From contig NC_134033.1 in NCBI RefSeq assembly GCF_964204645.1, positions 186,001 through 250,000 on the forward strand: a stretch of DNA of 64,000 bases. Direction: 5' to 3'. Shown here in pieces: positions 37,374 to 51,600 of this stretch. The position numbers were made by a program, and so were the translations under genes. How positions within the stretch are numbered: position 1 is the first letter of the stretch; each line of letters starts with the position of its first letter. The DNA comes from Tubulanus polymorphus. Its lineage: Eukaryota; Animalia; Nemertea. Below the pieces are notes generated by a model. It had not been told where the DNA came from. It saw nothing but the letters and a program-made list of their open reading frames with translations, and searched no databases.

Positions 37374-39099
37374 CGAAAATACTGAAACCTGTCTCAATGA
37401 CATGTACCCGGTACATGTACATAACACGATGTGCTTGATTCACCGACAACCGGACGTTCTACACTGGACGTGGATTCACAGTTCCCTACGGCAAAACAAC
37501 AGCTGAACTGACTACAGAATTTATCATTGAACTACGATATTAAATAAACACGCTGAACTATAGACCTGTAACTGAATGAGGAACTTGTTGTATGTAAAAT
37601 CCTGCGAATTGATGCCTATTCTTTTTATAAATTTTTAGCGAAATCCGTTTGTTTTATTTTTACCTGCTAACTAATTAGTAATAGTTATATTTAACGACGA
37701 TGTATTAATGATAATCTGTAAGACACGCAAGAGTAGAGATAATTTGATAATCAGTTTAAACTGCTATTAGCTGCTGTTATAAAAATGTAATGTGATATTT
37801 TATTCCTATTTACGACTTTTTTACAAATCTAATAAATAAACAGCGCTTAATATAAAATAATATTGTGAATAAATGTAAGGATGTAAGATTAATGACTGCG
37901 ACAGTTGTTTCAACAGAATATAAACCACACTAGAAAAACTGAATAGATTAAACTTGAATTAGAATTTAGAGAAAGATGAATCAAGTTAGTATTTGGATAT
38001 TACACTAACTAATTAAGGAGTGAACATTGAATTCAAGTTTTAAAATGTTCATGTTAAATCATCATCGTATAACTACCGTAAATTCCGTTTAAATTTCAAG
38101 CTTAAAATTCTGCAAGTTAGGTTTAAATAGTTTGAACACTTATCATTGAAAACTCGACAAGAACGATTTTTCGAAGACAAAAAAATTGCTGAAAGTCGGG
38201 TTGACGGAGTTTTGAGAGTAGACCTGGATATAGGAGACTCGCAGACGAGACGGAAGTATTGTGATTTATGCCGAATAGCTATTGTCGGCCATCCTTGATT
38301 TCGATCGGGCCATGAGCTGCAGACGAGGAGTCCTAGTTTTCTCGGAGGAGTCCTAGTTTTCTCGGAGGAGTCCTAGTTTTCTCCACTCAGAGGAGGGGAT
38401 GCAGACTATCAAAGAACAGACTACACTATACACCAGCGACACCTGGTGTTTCCTCACAGTGTGTAGAATCCCCAGTTCACTCTGTACGCACACTAGCGAC
38501 ACCTGGTGGATCCCGATCACTTCACACAAATTCAAACATTCAAAAATAAACGGCCGAAATAAAGAAATAGTCTTCTCGACAGACAGACGATTTTATTGCA
38601 CATTTAAAGACGAACTTTTTTCACATAAAAATTAAACCATGTTTCAATGATATACAGATCAACCGAGCGATTTAAACACAGACTACACGTATCATATCAC
38701 TATTCAAAACTAACCGTCACTTATTCGGCCTTGACATTGCTTGACGTTAGTACACGTGACCTCGATGAATAGATATAACCCGGAAGTTGATAGTAAGATG
38801 GTAACTAGGAAACCACGCAGGGATTTAGTTTGGGGAGGCGACGCCATTTTGTTTTTTCGAGTTGTTTTAAATACATTGATTATTCAACAATCGGAATCAC
38901 AATGAATTGAATTATCATTCTTATTATCGATACGTGATAATAATTAATTAATTGATATAATTTATCGGCAGATCATCCAGCTACATGACAGGAACTGATC
39001 AGTTTTATAGTAACGACTTACAGAGTGTGGACCCCACTTTAAACATTCGGGTGTTTACACGTCTTTTACCCGAACTCATCACCAAATGAATAAATAAAC

Positions 39100-39203
39100 C
39101 CTTAATCCCGGTCTAGTATTCCCTAATCCCGGTCTAGTATTCCCTAATCCCGGTCTAGTATTCCCTAATCCCGGTCTAGTATTCCCTAATCCCGGTCTAG
39201 TAT
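39100..39203. repeat. 21-bp tandem repeat (ccctaatcccggtctagtatt), ~5 copies
   Basis: Direct inspection. Confidence 0.85.
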
Positions 39204-39572
39204 TACGTGTTGCCCGTGACATCGAAAAATAGGTTTTTCAAGAGATATTTTCAAATCGAAATTGAGTCTTGTTTCTGAAAATCCATTGAAAAATAACACA
39301 TTAGTTTTAACTTGATACACTGGGCCCAGTTTAAAACTAATCTAAACTCGGTGGTTCTACGATAACTGCACAACCGGACGTGAAATGCTAGACTAATAGC
39401 TGACTTAATGCGTAGGGCATACTGGGGCCTATTGGGGCCTACTGGGCGCTGAGTCAAGCAAACTCAAGTTTCATGATCATTTTGTTTACAATTTCGGTCC
39501 AAAAATATCTCTGATATTAATTCGTGGGGGGATAAGTCACGTGGATCACTGGACGCGGCTGTTTTAGTTCCT

Positions 39573-40026
39573 CTAAGGACCGGCTTCAGCGCGGTGGCGC
39601 TGTTCAGCCAGGGTACGGCGGATCAGCGAATCAGCGAGCTCGTCCATCTCTCTACGGCTGAACTCGCTTGCCAGACGTTCGGCGAGTTGACGCCTGCGCA
39701 GAAGATCATCTCCCAATTCATCGAGGGTTCGTCTGGTGGCGTCTCCGCCTCGTTTTAACAGCGAGCGACCGATTGGGTCGAGCATGCGTTTCTTCAACAG
39801 ACTGCTGCCGATTCGATCCAGGGACCTCTTGTCCATAGCGTGTTCCTCATCCCGTTTTATCAAACTGCTTCCGATACGGTCCAACATCCTCTTACGTAAT
39901 AAACTCGAGCCAACTCGGTCGAGCATTCTCTTGTCGCCAGATGGCGCGTCGATCTCACGCTTCCGGAACATGCTACTTCCGATCTTGTCCAACATTCGTT
40001 TCTCTTGACTTTCTGAGGCGACGACG
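39573..40026 (-). CDS. Neuropeptide precursor, pedal-peptide/orcokinin family (MLD-type), main peptide-coding exon; signal-peptide exon not located
   Basis: tttgcAG acceptor at 40028-40027. Repeated decapeptides flanked by basic cleavage sites: MLDKIGSSMF, MLDRVGSSLL, MLDRIGSSLI, SLDRIGSSLL, MLDPIGRSLL, TLDELGDDLL, EMDELADSLI. No C-terminal Gly, so not amidated. Family assignment is from recalled similarity. Confidence 0.85.
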
Positions 40027-40180
40027 CTGCAAAGATAAACAAAAATACTATTTTTATTGATACAGTCTTAAACATTGTTTCACAGTTCTGGATCTAGTTC
40101 CACATATTTAGATCCAGTTCCACATGGATCTAGTTCCACAATTACTGGATTAAGTTCCACAGTTCCAAATTTGTGACTAC

Positions 40181-40286
40181 GGGCTACCGTGCTCAAAAGT
40201 TAGTTAGAAATACCGATGGATAGATACCATAGTAACAATGTCAACTATCCACTGGTTAACTAGCTAACTTTTGAGCAACTGGGCCC
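40181..40286. mobile_element. ~105-bp MITE-like element
   Basis: Inverted termini gctcaaaagttagttag / ctagctaacttttgagc, ending in actgggccc. Confidence 0.55.
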
Positions 40287-40942
40287 AACTGGTTAACTTT
40301 AACCGATCGTTTTGACCCATGGGATGAGCTATTATTGAAAATGCACCAAATTTAGACCAAGGAGAACCACAGTAAACCAGCATTTAATGCAAATCCCCAC
40401 ACTCCCACTCCCCACACTCCCCACTCCCCACACTCCCCACTCTCTACTCATAGATAACAAATTAACTGTAAATCATCAACCTTAATAAATATCCCGGAAT
40501 AAAGTTTAAAACTGTATACGACAGATAAGGCTCAAATAATGACGCAACACGGGCCATATATAAAATCAGATGTAACCATTAACAACGGTCGGTATTGTAG
40601 CGATCGATCGATAACGTCACGTGATTATTGATTGATGTCGTCTGTCATTGATTGAATACGTGTCATATCAGCAAGAGATTTGTTACACCTGGTGATAAAC
40701 ATTATCATTATTACTATTTATGACAACACTCTTGAACTCAATAAATACGCTGGGTATATTCACTACACACACGGCCAATATGACGCGCGTTGGACCTAAC
40801 TAAAGCCTAAAACAAGAGCTTGTTGGCTTATGATCAATTTCAGTTAAGATTTGTTTTGTTTTCTGTCGAATTTCTTTCAGAAAATCGACGAATGAAATAT
40901 GTAAATGTTTTCATAGTTTAATGGGACTGGTCTATATTGGAT

Positions 40943-41646
40943 GCCGCTGGGGACTGGGGGTATCGTGGTATACACCGCCGCGGGGTCTGGGGGTATCGTG
41001 GTATACACCGCCGCGGGGGACTGGGGGTATCGTGGTATACACCGCCGCGGGGTCTGGGGGTATCGTGGTATACACCGCCGCGGGGTCTGGGGGTATCGTG
41101 GTATACACCGCCGCGGGGTCTGGGGGTATCGTGGTATACACCGCCGCGGGGACTGGGGGTATCGTGGTATACACCGCCGCGGGGTCTGGGGGTATCGTGG
41201 TATACACCGCCGCGGGGTCTGGGGGTATCGTGGTATATACCGCCGCGAGGGACTGGGGGTATCGTGGTATACACCGCCGCGGGGTCTGGGGGTATCGTGG
41301 TATACACCGCCACGGGGGACTGGGGGTATCGTGGTATACACCGCCGCGGGGACTGGGGGTATCGTGGTATATACCGCCGCGAGGGACTGGGGGTATCGTG
41401 GTATACACCGCCGCGGGGTCTGGGGGTATCGTGGTATACACCGCCGCTGGGGACTGGGGGTATCGTGGTATATACCGCCGCGAGGGACTGGGGGTATCGT
41501 GGTATACACCGCCGCGAGGGACTGGGGGTATCGTGGTATTCACCGCCGCGGGGTCTGGGGGTATCGTGGTATACACCGCCGCGAGGGACTGGGGGTATCG
41601 TGGTATTCACCGCCGCGGGGGACTGGGGGTATCGTGGTATACACCG
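40943..41646. repeat. GC/CpG-rich 31-32-bp minisatellite (ctgggggtatcgtggtatacaccgccgcgggg)
   Basis: About 22 copies; the source of six overlapping spurious ORFs. Confidence 0.92.
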
Positions 41647-44600
41647 AAACTTTAGTATTTTTAGTTTGAAATCTTTTAAAGGACGAACAATTCAAAAACC
41701 AATAGAATGGAAAATTGAAACCTGTGTTTTTCGTCGTGTTCTAAATTCGTAACATTTTCGATCCAAGATCAAAAGTTAAAATCAACACATTTTTTCAGAA
41801 GCTTTTAGCGCAAAAGAAAGTAAAGACCGTTTATTTTCTCGCTTCCGGGTGTTTCGCGCGCGGGCGCCATTTTATAAATCGGGGGCAACATCAAAAACCC
41901 GGGCGACGAACCGACGACGAGGTTTAGATTCATCTCTGTGTTTTTATAACTTATAATAAAATCCATTAAAATAAGGAAAAACAAATCGTTTATTCATTTC
42001 GAAGCGGCGTAGAGAATATTCTGGGGAATTATAGATTATTCGTGTTGCAAAACGAGGCGATGTTATAAATCAATAAACCTTGCGAAAAAAAGCTTTTATC
42101 TCTCGGTTCATCACAATCAGACAATCAGACAATCACTCAGTTCATCGCACCGTCACAATCACACAACACAAAACTCGTCACCGATAACGTCTGGCTTCTT
42201 CAACGTAAAACGTCACGTGTTAATTGTTTTATCTGCGAATTTGTGGTCCGTGACGACGATTATCGGCGCTAAAACCGTTACAACAATGTGCGCCGTTAAA
42301 TCAACCGTAACTGCGCGTGTGCAGCGAGAAAACTGCCGCCAGCCGCGATATAAATATTAATCGTTATCGGACTGCGACTCGGACTCGGACCGATCTGTAG
42401 CTGATGATAATTTGACTGCATTAATTCACGGTCAGGAACAGGGAGAATTACTAACATGATCCATCATACACCGAACTAATAAACATGGAGAACTTTCAAT
42501 TCGTCGTGCCGTCGACCGTCGCGTCTCAGTTTGTTCAAACGTCGTCGTTTCAGTCGAGAATTATGAATTTTTGTCTAATAATCGGTTCAGTGTTTATTCG
42601 AGTCCCTCAGGGGATGAACACGTGATCACCATCGCTCCCTATTGGCCCTATCCTCGACCCGTTGGGGAGTAGTTAATGCAGAGTAGGTTACATAAAAAGT
42701 TCCTCAAACAACCTCTGTTATTGTGTAAGATTAAGGAACTATTCGACGTCATTTCGGTGACGTCACGTGCGCTAATCTTATAGCTGCCTCTAATCTATAC
42801 GTCAAGGTCAAGGTGACGGACTGAACGGGATAAGGTGCCCGCGGATGAATAATTGTTGCGGCGCTCGCTTCATGCGCGCAATGTAGGGGGTAATTTGGTT
42901 GCGCTAATTAAAGGCTGATTACTGATAGGTCGCTATAGACCCGAGGCTTGGGTAACACCAGTAGCAGGTGCGCGCACGCGCATGTGCAGCAGGTGCACGC
43001 TATACTGTATTATGTATAGAACGCTTTGTGGTGGTTTTTTAGATCTTTGAGAAAAGTCTTGAACTAATTCAGAGTAATGAGACCTGGAGGCTAAAATCAG
43101 AGGCACGCGACCGTGTCTGACTCATAGCCGCACGGGCTATCACTCCCCCCACCCTATCAGCCACACGGGCTATCACTCCCCCCCCCCACCCTATCAGCCA
43201 CACGGGCTATCACTCCCCCCCACCCTATCAGCCACACGGGCTATCACCCCCCTCCCCTCATCAGAGATCAGAGACTTTATTACTTCTTTACAAAACATGT
43301 CAATCATTAAATTGACTTTAAGCCTGAATATCCAAGTAACATCGAATCAATTTGACTGGTGGATTTCTTGTTTTCAATTATTTAGTATTTTATAGACTGG
43401 TAGATACAGACACAGTTTTTGTAGGACTGGTCTCTGAATGGTATACATCGATCAGGCTGTCCCGCGGGATAGAAACAACTCGGTGGTCAGTGTTCACCTC
43501 ACAGAAAACGTGTTAATTCTACCGACTACACAAAACACCATCAAACTCTTTACATAAACACTATCTTTACGACGAGACAAAGTCATCGTTAAAAACATCA
43601 CTGTACTTTAGAAAGCAAAGTAACCCTAGCTAGCAGTGACTTATCTGTGAACAGTGGTAAAAAAAACAGTCGTTTGCTGTAAGAAGCACGAACGTATAAT
43701 TCCATTCGATTGATGACCAGGGTCGAGGCTTTTATAGAGTCTCACCGTCACTGTTTTTATACACCGGTGTTACTTTATTTAGACCAGGTTTCACAAAATA
43801 GTTACCGCAGTAGGGGCTAGAGTTGTGCAATGGCTTAAACACTAAGTCTATCTTGGTTCTATGGTCGATTTCAAGACAGTTTTAAGATAAGACCACTTTT
43901 TGAGGCATCACTGCCCTTGAGTTCAATTCAAGTGTATGGGCAAGAGTTCAATAGTTCTTTGTTGGTGCAATTATGCTGTTCGTTGCCAGCCCAAATTTTT
44001 AAACTTTGAAGATTACGACAAAAAATGATCAGTCGTTTTATCTTCAAATTCAAAGTCTCTCCCGCAACAATTAAGACGGTTGTTCGTTTCCGTAGCAATT
44101 TATTTTTTTTCAACCTGGTAACATAGCGACGACAGAGCAGCCGATAAGAGGAATACAGATAACACGGAACTCACAGTAGGCGGGGTAGTTTCGGTGGCTG
44201 ACCTCACAGCCCCTCACAGCCCCTCACAGCCTCACCGGACTCGGTTAATTACAGCTGACACGAAAATCACAACGTCTAAAATTCGTGACGCTGATAATTG
44301 AAGAGATTCGCGCGCGGTGGTACCGTGACTGATTCTAAACTCCGAGATATCCCGATATACATATCTACAATAGAAATTATCGTTTCGTTTCGCACGGAAT
44401 TCAAGCAAATCTCTAATTAAAATATCATAATGATATCGAGATATCATTTTTCATCGATTTCGGAATAAATGCAGTCAGTTTCACATCTCAGTAATTCCGG
44501 TGTCCTGTGTTAAAAATTGCTCGTTCCCTGAGAATATCATGGATCCAGAGACTATGAATTCAGTAAGGAGCTCACAATAAAACCTAATTTAGCAGAATAG

Positions 44601-45619
44601 CTCTAGCGATGACGTCATTGGGGGATTGACGTACAGTCGGACACGGTGTGAGTATAAGTGTCTATCGTACAATGGAAAATCCATCTCGCTGGTTTTAGAA
44701 GATGCTTTCGAGTAAAATCCGCCAGAGATTGATAGCAGAGTACCTCATATTGAGCACCTCTGAATACCCATTCAGTTGTGCTAGCCGCCATCAGGCGTCA
44801 ATGTCTAATTTGTAGCGATTGTCCGTGAAGAGACTCGAACAAAAATGGCGCCGAAAATCACCACGAAACTTTAGAGACAGTCATTTTTAGTGTGGCGGTC
44901 ACGTGGTATAGCCGTCTGCTTGTCAGTTAAACCGTAACGAGGCGCGTGACAGGAAGGGAGTCAGTGCGCGTGACAAACCGCGGACCCTGCATCAAATCAT
45001 ACCTAATATGGACAAAAAACACGTGACTGCGCTAAATGTAATCACAAGTCAAGAATAACTAATTGATTGTGCTCTAAGAGCCCAGAACAGCAGCTTAAAA
45101 TAGGATCACAATTTACTATCAGTTCTATTGTTAAAACATCTCATATATATCATCATTAGAGTACTATAAACTGCTCATCATCTTTAAGTAGGTATTGTAT
45201 TGTATTGTAAACTGCTCATCGTTTCATCAGATTCTGCCTTTAGAAAGTAAAACTCTTTAAAGATGTGGTATCTTTACGTAACGCTAGAATCCTATAACAG
45301 CGGCCTTTGTTGTTACATGAAAGAAATTAGTGACTTCTAAAAGTGTTTTTAACCACGGTTTGAAGTCATCTCGATTATAATTACCTTTGATGTTGAGTTG
45401 TTTTACCGAGCTGCCCCCCTCCTCTCCCTCTCACCCCCTACTCCCTACTCCCTTCTCCCTTCTCTATCAGTTTTATTATATTTCAAAAGTATCCTAATTC
45501 AATCAGGCGTAGACGGAATCGATGAAATATCAACAGATTGAGAAATGACTGAAAATAGAAAAAACCGATTCTCGTGGACGCGATTCATACCAAGACCGAT
45601 TCAGAGAGTTTTCGTAAAG

Positions 45620-45705
45620 TAACGGCAGTGGCAGAGTGGGTTAGGCTGCCGGTCACTGGTCTCGTCAATCCAGGGTTTATGGGTTCGAACCTTGGTGGCG
45701 ACTTC
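45620..45705 (+). mobile_element. tRNA-derived SINE head or pseudo-tRNA
   Basis: A-box TGGCAGAGTGG and B-box GGTTCGAACC present, but the cloverleaf stems do not pair properly. Confidence 0.5.
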
Positions 45706-48700
45706 GCCAAAGAGTTTCTTGGCCGAAGATTCTTTTCTGGGGAAAAAGAAACATCGAATCTGCTTATAATTTCCTGCGTGGCGCTCAGTGGGGGGAGGGA
45801 ATTAAAAACAAATGTACCGATCACTAAAGGGCCGCCTCCAAAGCCCATACGTACACTGCCTACGTCATAGAATCACCACTCTTACCTTCAAACGTAAGCG
45901 CGACGATAAACGAGGGTATGAACCGTACAGTGGCGCCATCTTAAACGACCTTGAACTTAAATAAATCGCGAATGATTATCTACCCGTCTCAGAAGATGTT
46001 ACAGCTTGTTAAATGAGAAAGTTCGAACTGTTTTTAGTTGAAGATCGTGTTTGTGTATAACAGGAGGACTGCACGATAGGAGAGTTAGAGAACGGCTGCT
46101 GCTGCTACTAATTGGTGCAACCTCGGCAGACGGCGCGCAGAGAAAAAAAACAACACAGTTTTTCATGAGAAACAAACAACTTCAAACAAAAATCCGCCGC
46201 TCAGAACATATTGTTATTTAGGTGCACTAGGTTTTTTTGTCAGCCTTAATCAAACTCACGAAGACTTTCATATCAGTGTTTAGAGCAAAAACAAAGACCC
46301 TTGAAGCGCGTGCGCTAAAGATTAAACTCTGGTCAAAGACTCTATCAGAAAATGAGATATTGCGATATAACGAACACGGTTATCATCAAGGTAACGGTAA
46401 AGATAACAAATAACCCGAGACAATATCTTAATGATTCATTGATTGTACTTGATCCATTGAAGGTTTTCTTCTAACGTTTTGAATTACAAATCATTTCAAA
46501 GTTGTTTTTAGAAAAAGCCATTAATTTAGAATTGAGTATGAAGCGAATGGACCAATGACACGGTTATCATCTGAAGGTAACTGTGTAGATAACAGGTTAC
46601 CCGAGCCAATATCTTAATTTATCTACAATTCATTTCAAAGTGGTTTTTAGAAAAATCCATTAATTTAGAATAGAGTATAAAGTGTATAGGTCAATGACAT
46701 CAAGGTTACTCACGAGTTGATAACAGGTTATTGTCAATATCTTAATTCATCATTGATTGTATCTAATTTTATCTATGAATTCATGTCTAAAAGCTTTTTT
46801 AGAAAAACCTATTAATTTTAGAAATGAGTATAATTTGCACGCATGCGCAGTGTGGGCGATCGACCAGATAATTACATATTGAACGACACATGTTACATTT
46901 TACAATAACATTTTTACTAAAACCATTGTACTGAAATACATCGCCCTTTAGACTAATTCCCTCTTGTAAAGAGCTACACAAACGCCCTCTATAGGCGTTT
47001 TATTCATTTCCTCTATTCCCGGAAGTGTGGGTGATATTCACCTACGACCCTACGCGATCCTCTGTGTGGTACACTGACACTGAAGTTTTATATCTTAAAA
47101 CCAGGATTGTCCCTGTTATTGGAAACAAGGTTCTCAAGTTCATTGAAGTGGCATAATATATTCATTCATTCCATCGCATCCAAGTCTGGTATCAATTGAC
47201 GTGGACAGGGTCGGGGAGGGGGGATGGGGGAGGGTAAGGGGAGGGGGACCTACCACATACTTATCAACCCACTGTATGAGGTCAGTGCTCTCGCTAGAAC
47301 AACATCTCGAGCGAGAGTAACACCTGTCTACTCTCCGATCTAACTAGAAGAACAACAGTAATTGACCGACCATCTCTAAAACCAGTGACGAAGATGCGGC
47401 AGATTTTTACACATTCTGATCACGTGTGTTGGTGCTGATTGCTAGGGTTATTTACCGAGCTGTTTGTGGATACTATTTAGTCGTCGTAGATCACATGGAA
47501 ATAGCGGACGAGTTGCGACTCACTCGAGATCATCGGTAGCCAGTAAATCGACGTTCATTTAGCCAACCATCATGAACCGTGGATCAAATTAACTCCTCTT
47601 CTCATCTCACGCGCGGTGGTCCACTGCTGCTGCTGCTGCTGCTGTTGCTGGTTCCATTGATGCGCTGAAGAGCTGCACAAACACGAATCTGCTTCAACAA
47701 TACCGGCCGATTAACCGTCACTGTTTGTTGTACTCGTTTCGTCGCGTTTTTAATGAAATAATCGAGTGCTTTTTCGTCGAATCGATGACGACAAAATTAT
47801 ATCTTTTTACGGCGATCTCTGGTCAAATATGAGCCGGAAAAAAACCTCATCAAACTCTTCACCGGACGTAATTCAATATTCGTGGCTTAGAATTCGGAAG
47901 GTAATATGATATTAACCGGGGTTTATATTTCGGGACTCGAACCCGCCGTGACACCGCCGCGATGGCGACCGCTGATTGGAGAAGAACTGGTTCGAGAGGC
48001 GGAGCTACGGAGATTCCACAGCATCACCGACTCCAAACCAGACCGCAAATGGTCTGTATAAGCAACTACCATTTCAAAGATAAATAATTTGGTGCAATCT
48101 TTGACCAGTATATCCAACAACGCCCCCCCCCCCGAAAAATCAAAACATATAATGATTATTGATTTTAATAGTGAGCGCGGTTTCATCCCATTCTTTTCTC
48201 GGGAGTTCGGCTGCTAAAAATCAACATTCTTCAATCGAGAATCGAATATCGAATGAACGTAACTGGCGGCAATGCGTACATCAGTCATTCGTCATCGGTA
48301 GCGAGAGCGATTTTCGAGGTGTGTGGATACTAATGAAGTTGAAGCTTATTTGTGCGCTGTATTGAGCCGTCAAACACTCTACATTTATCAATAATTCCAT
48401 GTACAGAAATACAAACGCGATGGAAACAAAAGTAAAAGTAGAATGAATCAAGTATTGGAAAATTGACGACATAAAACGCGTTGAATGTTTCCAATAATCA
48501 GAGTTCAGTAATTGCGTCGTATTTTTCTGCAGTTAATGTTCTTTTGTAAGAATCTAAACAGCATTAGTTTTCCTATTTCTGTATGAATAACGTAATAAAT
48601 ATAGCCGCCAGGCAGCGATTACTACATTGAACAATAGATTTTAGGTAATGCAGCGAATAAAATAATGGTTTACCTCACCCTAGTGTAATAAATGTGATCA

Positions 48701-50400
48701 ATATAGCCGCAAAGCAGCCATGACGACTTTCAAAAATAAATCAAAGACGTGGGATTCGAACCTGAGTGCGAGCGCTTAGTAAAGGAACGCTGATTATCAG
48801 TAGCAAGATCGTATTTCACGCAGACTCGAGCTCGATTACTGTATTTAAATACATTCTCGTTTTATCTGTATAAGATCTGTTGTAGCCGAAGCCGCAGCTC
48901 AGCGTACACCCCTAGCGGCTCCACATACTCCGGCTCGCGTCTCACGCTTCAAATTAATCACATTTCATATTTACAGCGGAAATGTTAATTTAATTCGGTA
49001 TATTCCGGATACACAACGGGTAAAATCGGTAATTAGTTTAATCAGATTTTTGTTGCAGGGCGCATCCAGAATGTCAGCAGCAGCAGTAGCGGCATCAGCA
49101 GCAATGAAAAATAATAAAAACCATTGCATCAACTCAGCTAGGCCGCCATTTTATCAATATGGTGGCTATATATCCACACAGGGTACATAGCCACGATTTT
49201 GAAATAAAATATGCATTTTTCTCGTTTGAAACAATTGCCGCGGTTACGAAATTAGTTGCTATGGTGATTCTAGAATAATCCTCCAGGAACTAATCGTGAA
49301 GAATGAATAGTTTTTGGAATAGTTTTGATAATAGTTTTGAATACGAGTGATTTAGTAGGAGACCCGGGTGGTACAGGTTTCGCTAGAGAGCTCTGTCTGA
49401 GTTTGAGTTCGATTCCCGATGGCAGGTGAAACTGTGATACCCGGATGTGTTGACATAAAGTAGACCCCTGAGGCCACAGTGTGATACACCACTAACATAA
49501 CCTTCATATCTCTCGTCGCTCGTTCTACTGGACGTAAAAACCGTCGATATATTGAAGAAATAAAATGTGTGTCACAGCGAATGCCTGAGGGTAGGACTAC
49601 TAACGCCTCCTTGCGGTCGACCACTATAAACCCTTGAGTCCTAGAATTAGACCTCGAAAACTTTCGCAGGACAACTGACATCCTCTCTTAGACTGACTCC
49701 TCCGCGTACCAGACAAAGATGGCCGCCGCCCTCAACCGTTTAAGGCACTATGGCGAAAATGAGCAAATAAACTAATTTTTAACAGAGTATAATGTGCGGA
49801 ATGATCGCTTGTCGGTCAGTTAGTAGTGCAGAATAGTAATTGCGTTGTGGATGTCAGTTCACCCTGTAGCCAGCCAGCGGCACCAAGTTCTATTCATACA
49901 CTCATCAAAGTTGACTACTACTGACCACTGCTGACCACTGCTGACCACTGGTCGCTTAAGTAAATTATATCTCAGATCGTCGTATTCCCATCTGCGCCAC
50001 AATTTAATTTCGATCGCGCGCGAATATGATTCGTGTGTCACCGTCACCGAAAGATGAAAGTTTCCTTTGTGACTCGCATCCCGCCGGGAGTAACCACGGG
50101 ATACGAGAATGATCCGTCGGCATTGTTGCGCTGCTAGAACAGGTAGAAAGGATATTTAAATTGCGTCAGCTCCGGCACGAGGGGGAGGGAGGAGGGGAGG
50201 AGGGTGCTCCCTAGAGGGGGACGGTGATTTAAGGTAGGATTATCCCTGAATGACAACTCTCAATTCTACGTCACGATACGATATATTGTTTTAATCCGCG
50301 GTCATAAATCAGTGGCATTTTGTCTGAGATACAAATGACTTCTGCTGCCATTTTGTGACGTATATTACCAACATACGAAGTTGTATGCGCACTAACTGAC

Positions 50401-50660
50401 TCCTGACTCGTGAAGGGGTGTGCGTCAGGGAGAAGTTCAGGGGTTCATTCGTCCTGACTCGTGAAGGGGTGTGCGTCAGGGAGAAGTTCAGGGGGTTCAT
50501 TCGTCCTGACTCGTGAAGGGGTGTGCGTCAAGAAGAAGTTCGGGGGGTTCATTCGTCCTGACTCGTAAAGGGGTGTGCGTCAAGAAGAAGTTCGGGGGGT
50601 TCATTCGTCCTGACTCGTGAAGGGGTGTGCGTCAAGGAGAAGTTCAGGGGGTTCATTCGT
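50401..50660. repeat. 52-53-bp tandem repeat, 5 copies
   Basis: tcctgactcgtgaaggggtgtgcgtcagggagaagttcaggggttcattcg. Confidence 0.9.
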
Positions 50661-51394
50661 TCTAACTCAATTAAACGTAACACTATTTAAACCACCGTCA
50701 AAATGAAACTGCTTTCAGAGCTGCGTTAATTGGGTAACAAAATTCCGATTTACTTTTTAGTAAATAAATTTCAAACGCTATTTTGGAAATAGGCTTTGAC
50801 CCCATCAGTTTCTGCACATCAAATTCAAATTCAAATATTTTTATATTCTCGGCGGCAAATATTAGGTCCAATATTTCCGGCACGGCTTAAAACAAAGTCT
50901 TTCGCGTCTCAGTCGATAGTGAGAGTGACAGTTGTTGTAATTTGACGGCTAAGAGAGTGGAGAGAAGAGAGAGGAGAGAGAGGAGAGGAGAGAGAGAGAG
51001 AGAGGGAGGAGAAACCTGTCAGAGTAGTATAGAACGTAATTAGCTCTATTTTCTGGTATTTAGTTGAATTGTGCGTCAAGTGAAGTGAAGTACCATAATC
51101 GGTGGAAGAACACTGCAGTAAAGAGGTCTAAATTACGACAAAGACTCGTGAATATCGGTATTACTACGCGTCGAGCTGTTTACAACAAAGTCGTCTGCCA
51201 GAGAGTACTCTCCTACAACGAGGCTGATTTTCTGAAGTGAAGTTACTTGTGGCCTTTTGTTTTACCCCAATAGTTGCTGTTATTGTGGAGAGATGCGTGA
51301 TTTATCAGAGCTTCAGAACTGTTTTACATTCCAGTCCGATTAGATCATGGACGTATAAACTGTGTGCATGATTGGACTCAAAACTTAACCACAA

Positions 51395-51600
51395 TTGTGG
51401 AACTGGTTAAAAAAATAGAACCAAACAATTGTGGATTTGGTTAAAAAAATAGAACCAAACAACTGTGGAACTGGGTTCAGTATAAGTCGTGGAACTGGGT
51501 TCAGTATAAGTCGTTGAACTGGGTTCAGTATAAGTCGTGGAACTGGGTTCAGTATAAGTCGTGAAACTGGGTTCAGTATAAGTCGTTGAACTGGATTCAC
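51395..51600. repeat. Minisatellite, 24-bp unit (gtggaactgggttcagtataagtc)
   Basis: Direct inspection. Confidence 0.8.

Noticed and set aside
40877-41752. Six overlapping ORFs of 210-271 aa
   Set aside because: GC-rich minisatellite open in all frames.
44110-49130. Hydrophobic stretches (~44115-44180, ~49060-49130) as the neuropeptide signal exon
   Set aside because: No ATG with a phase-2 donor compatible with the 40026 acceptor was found.
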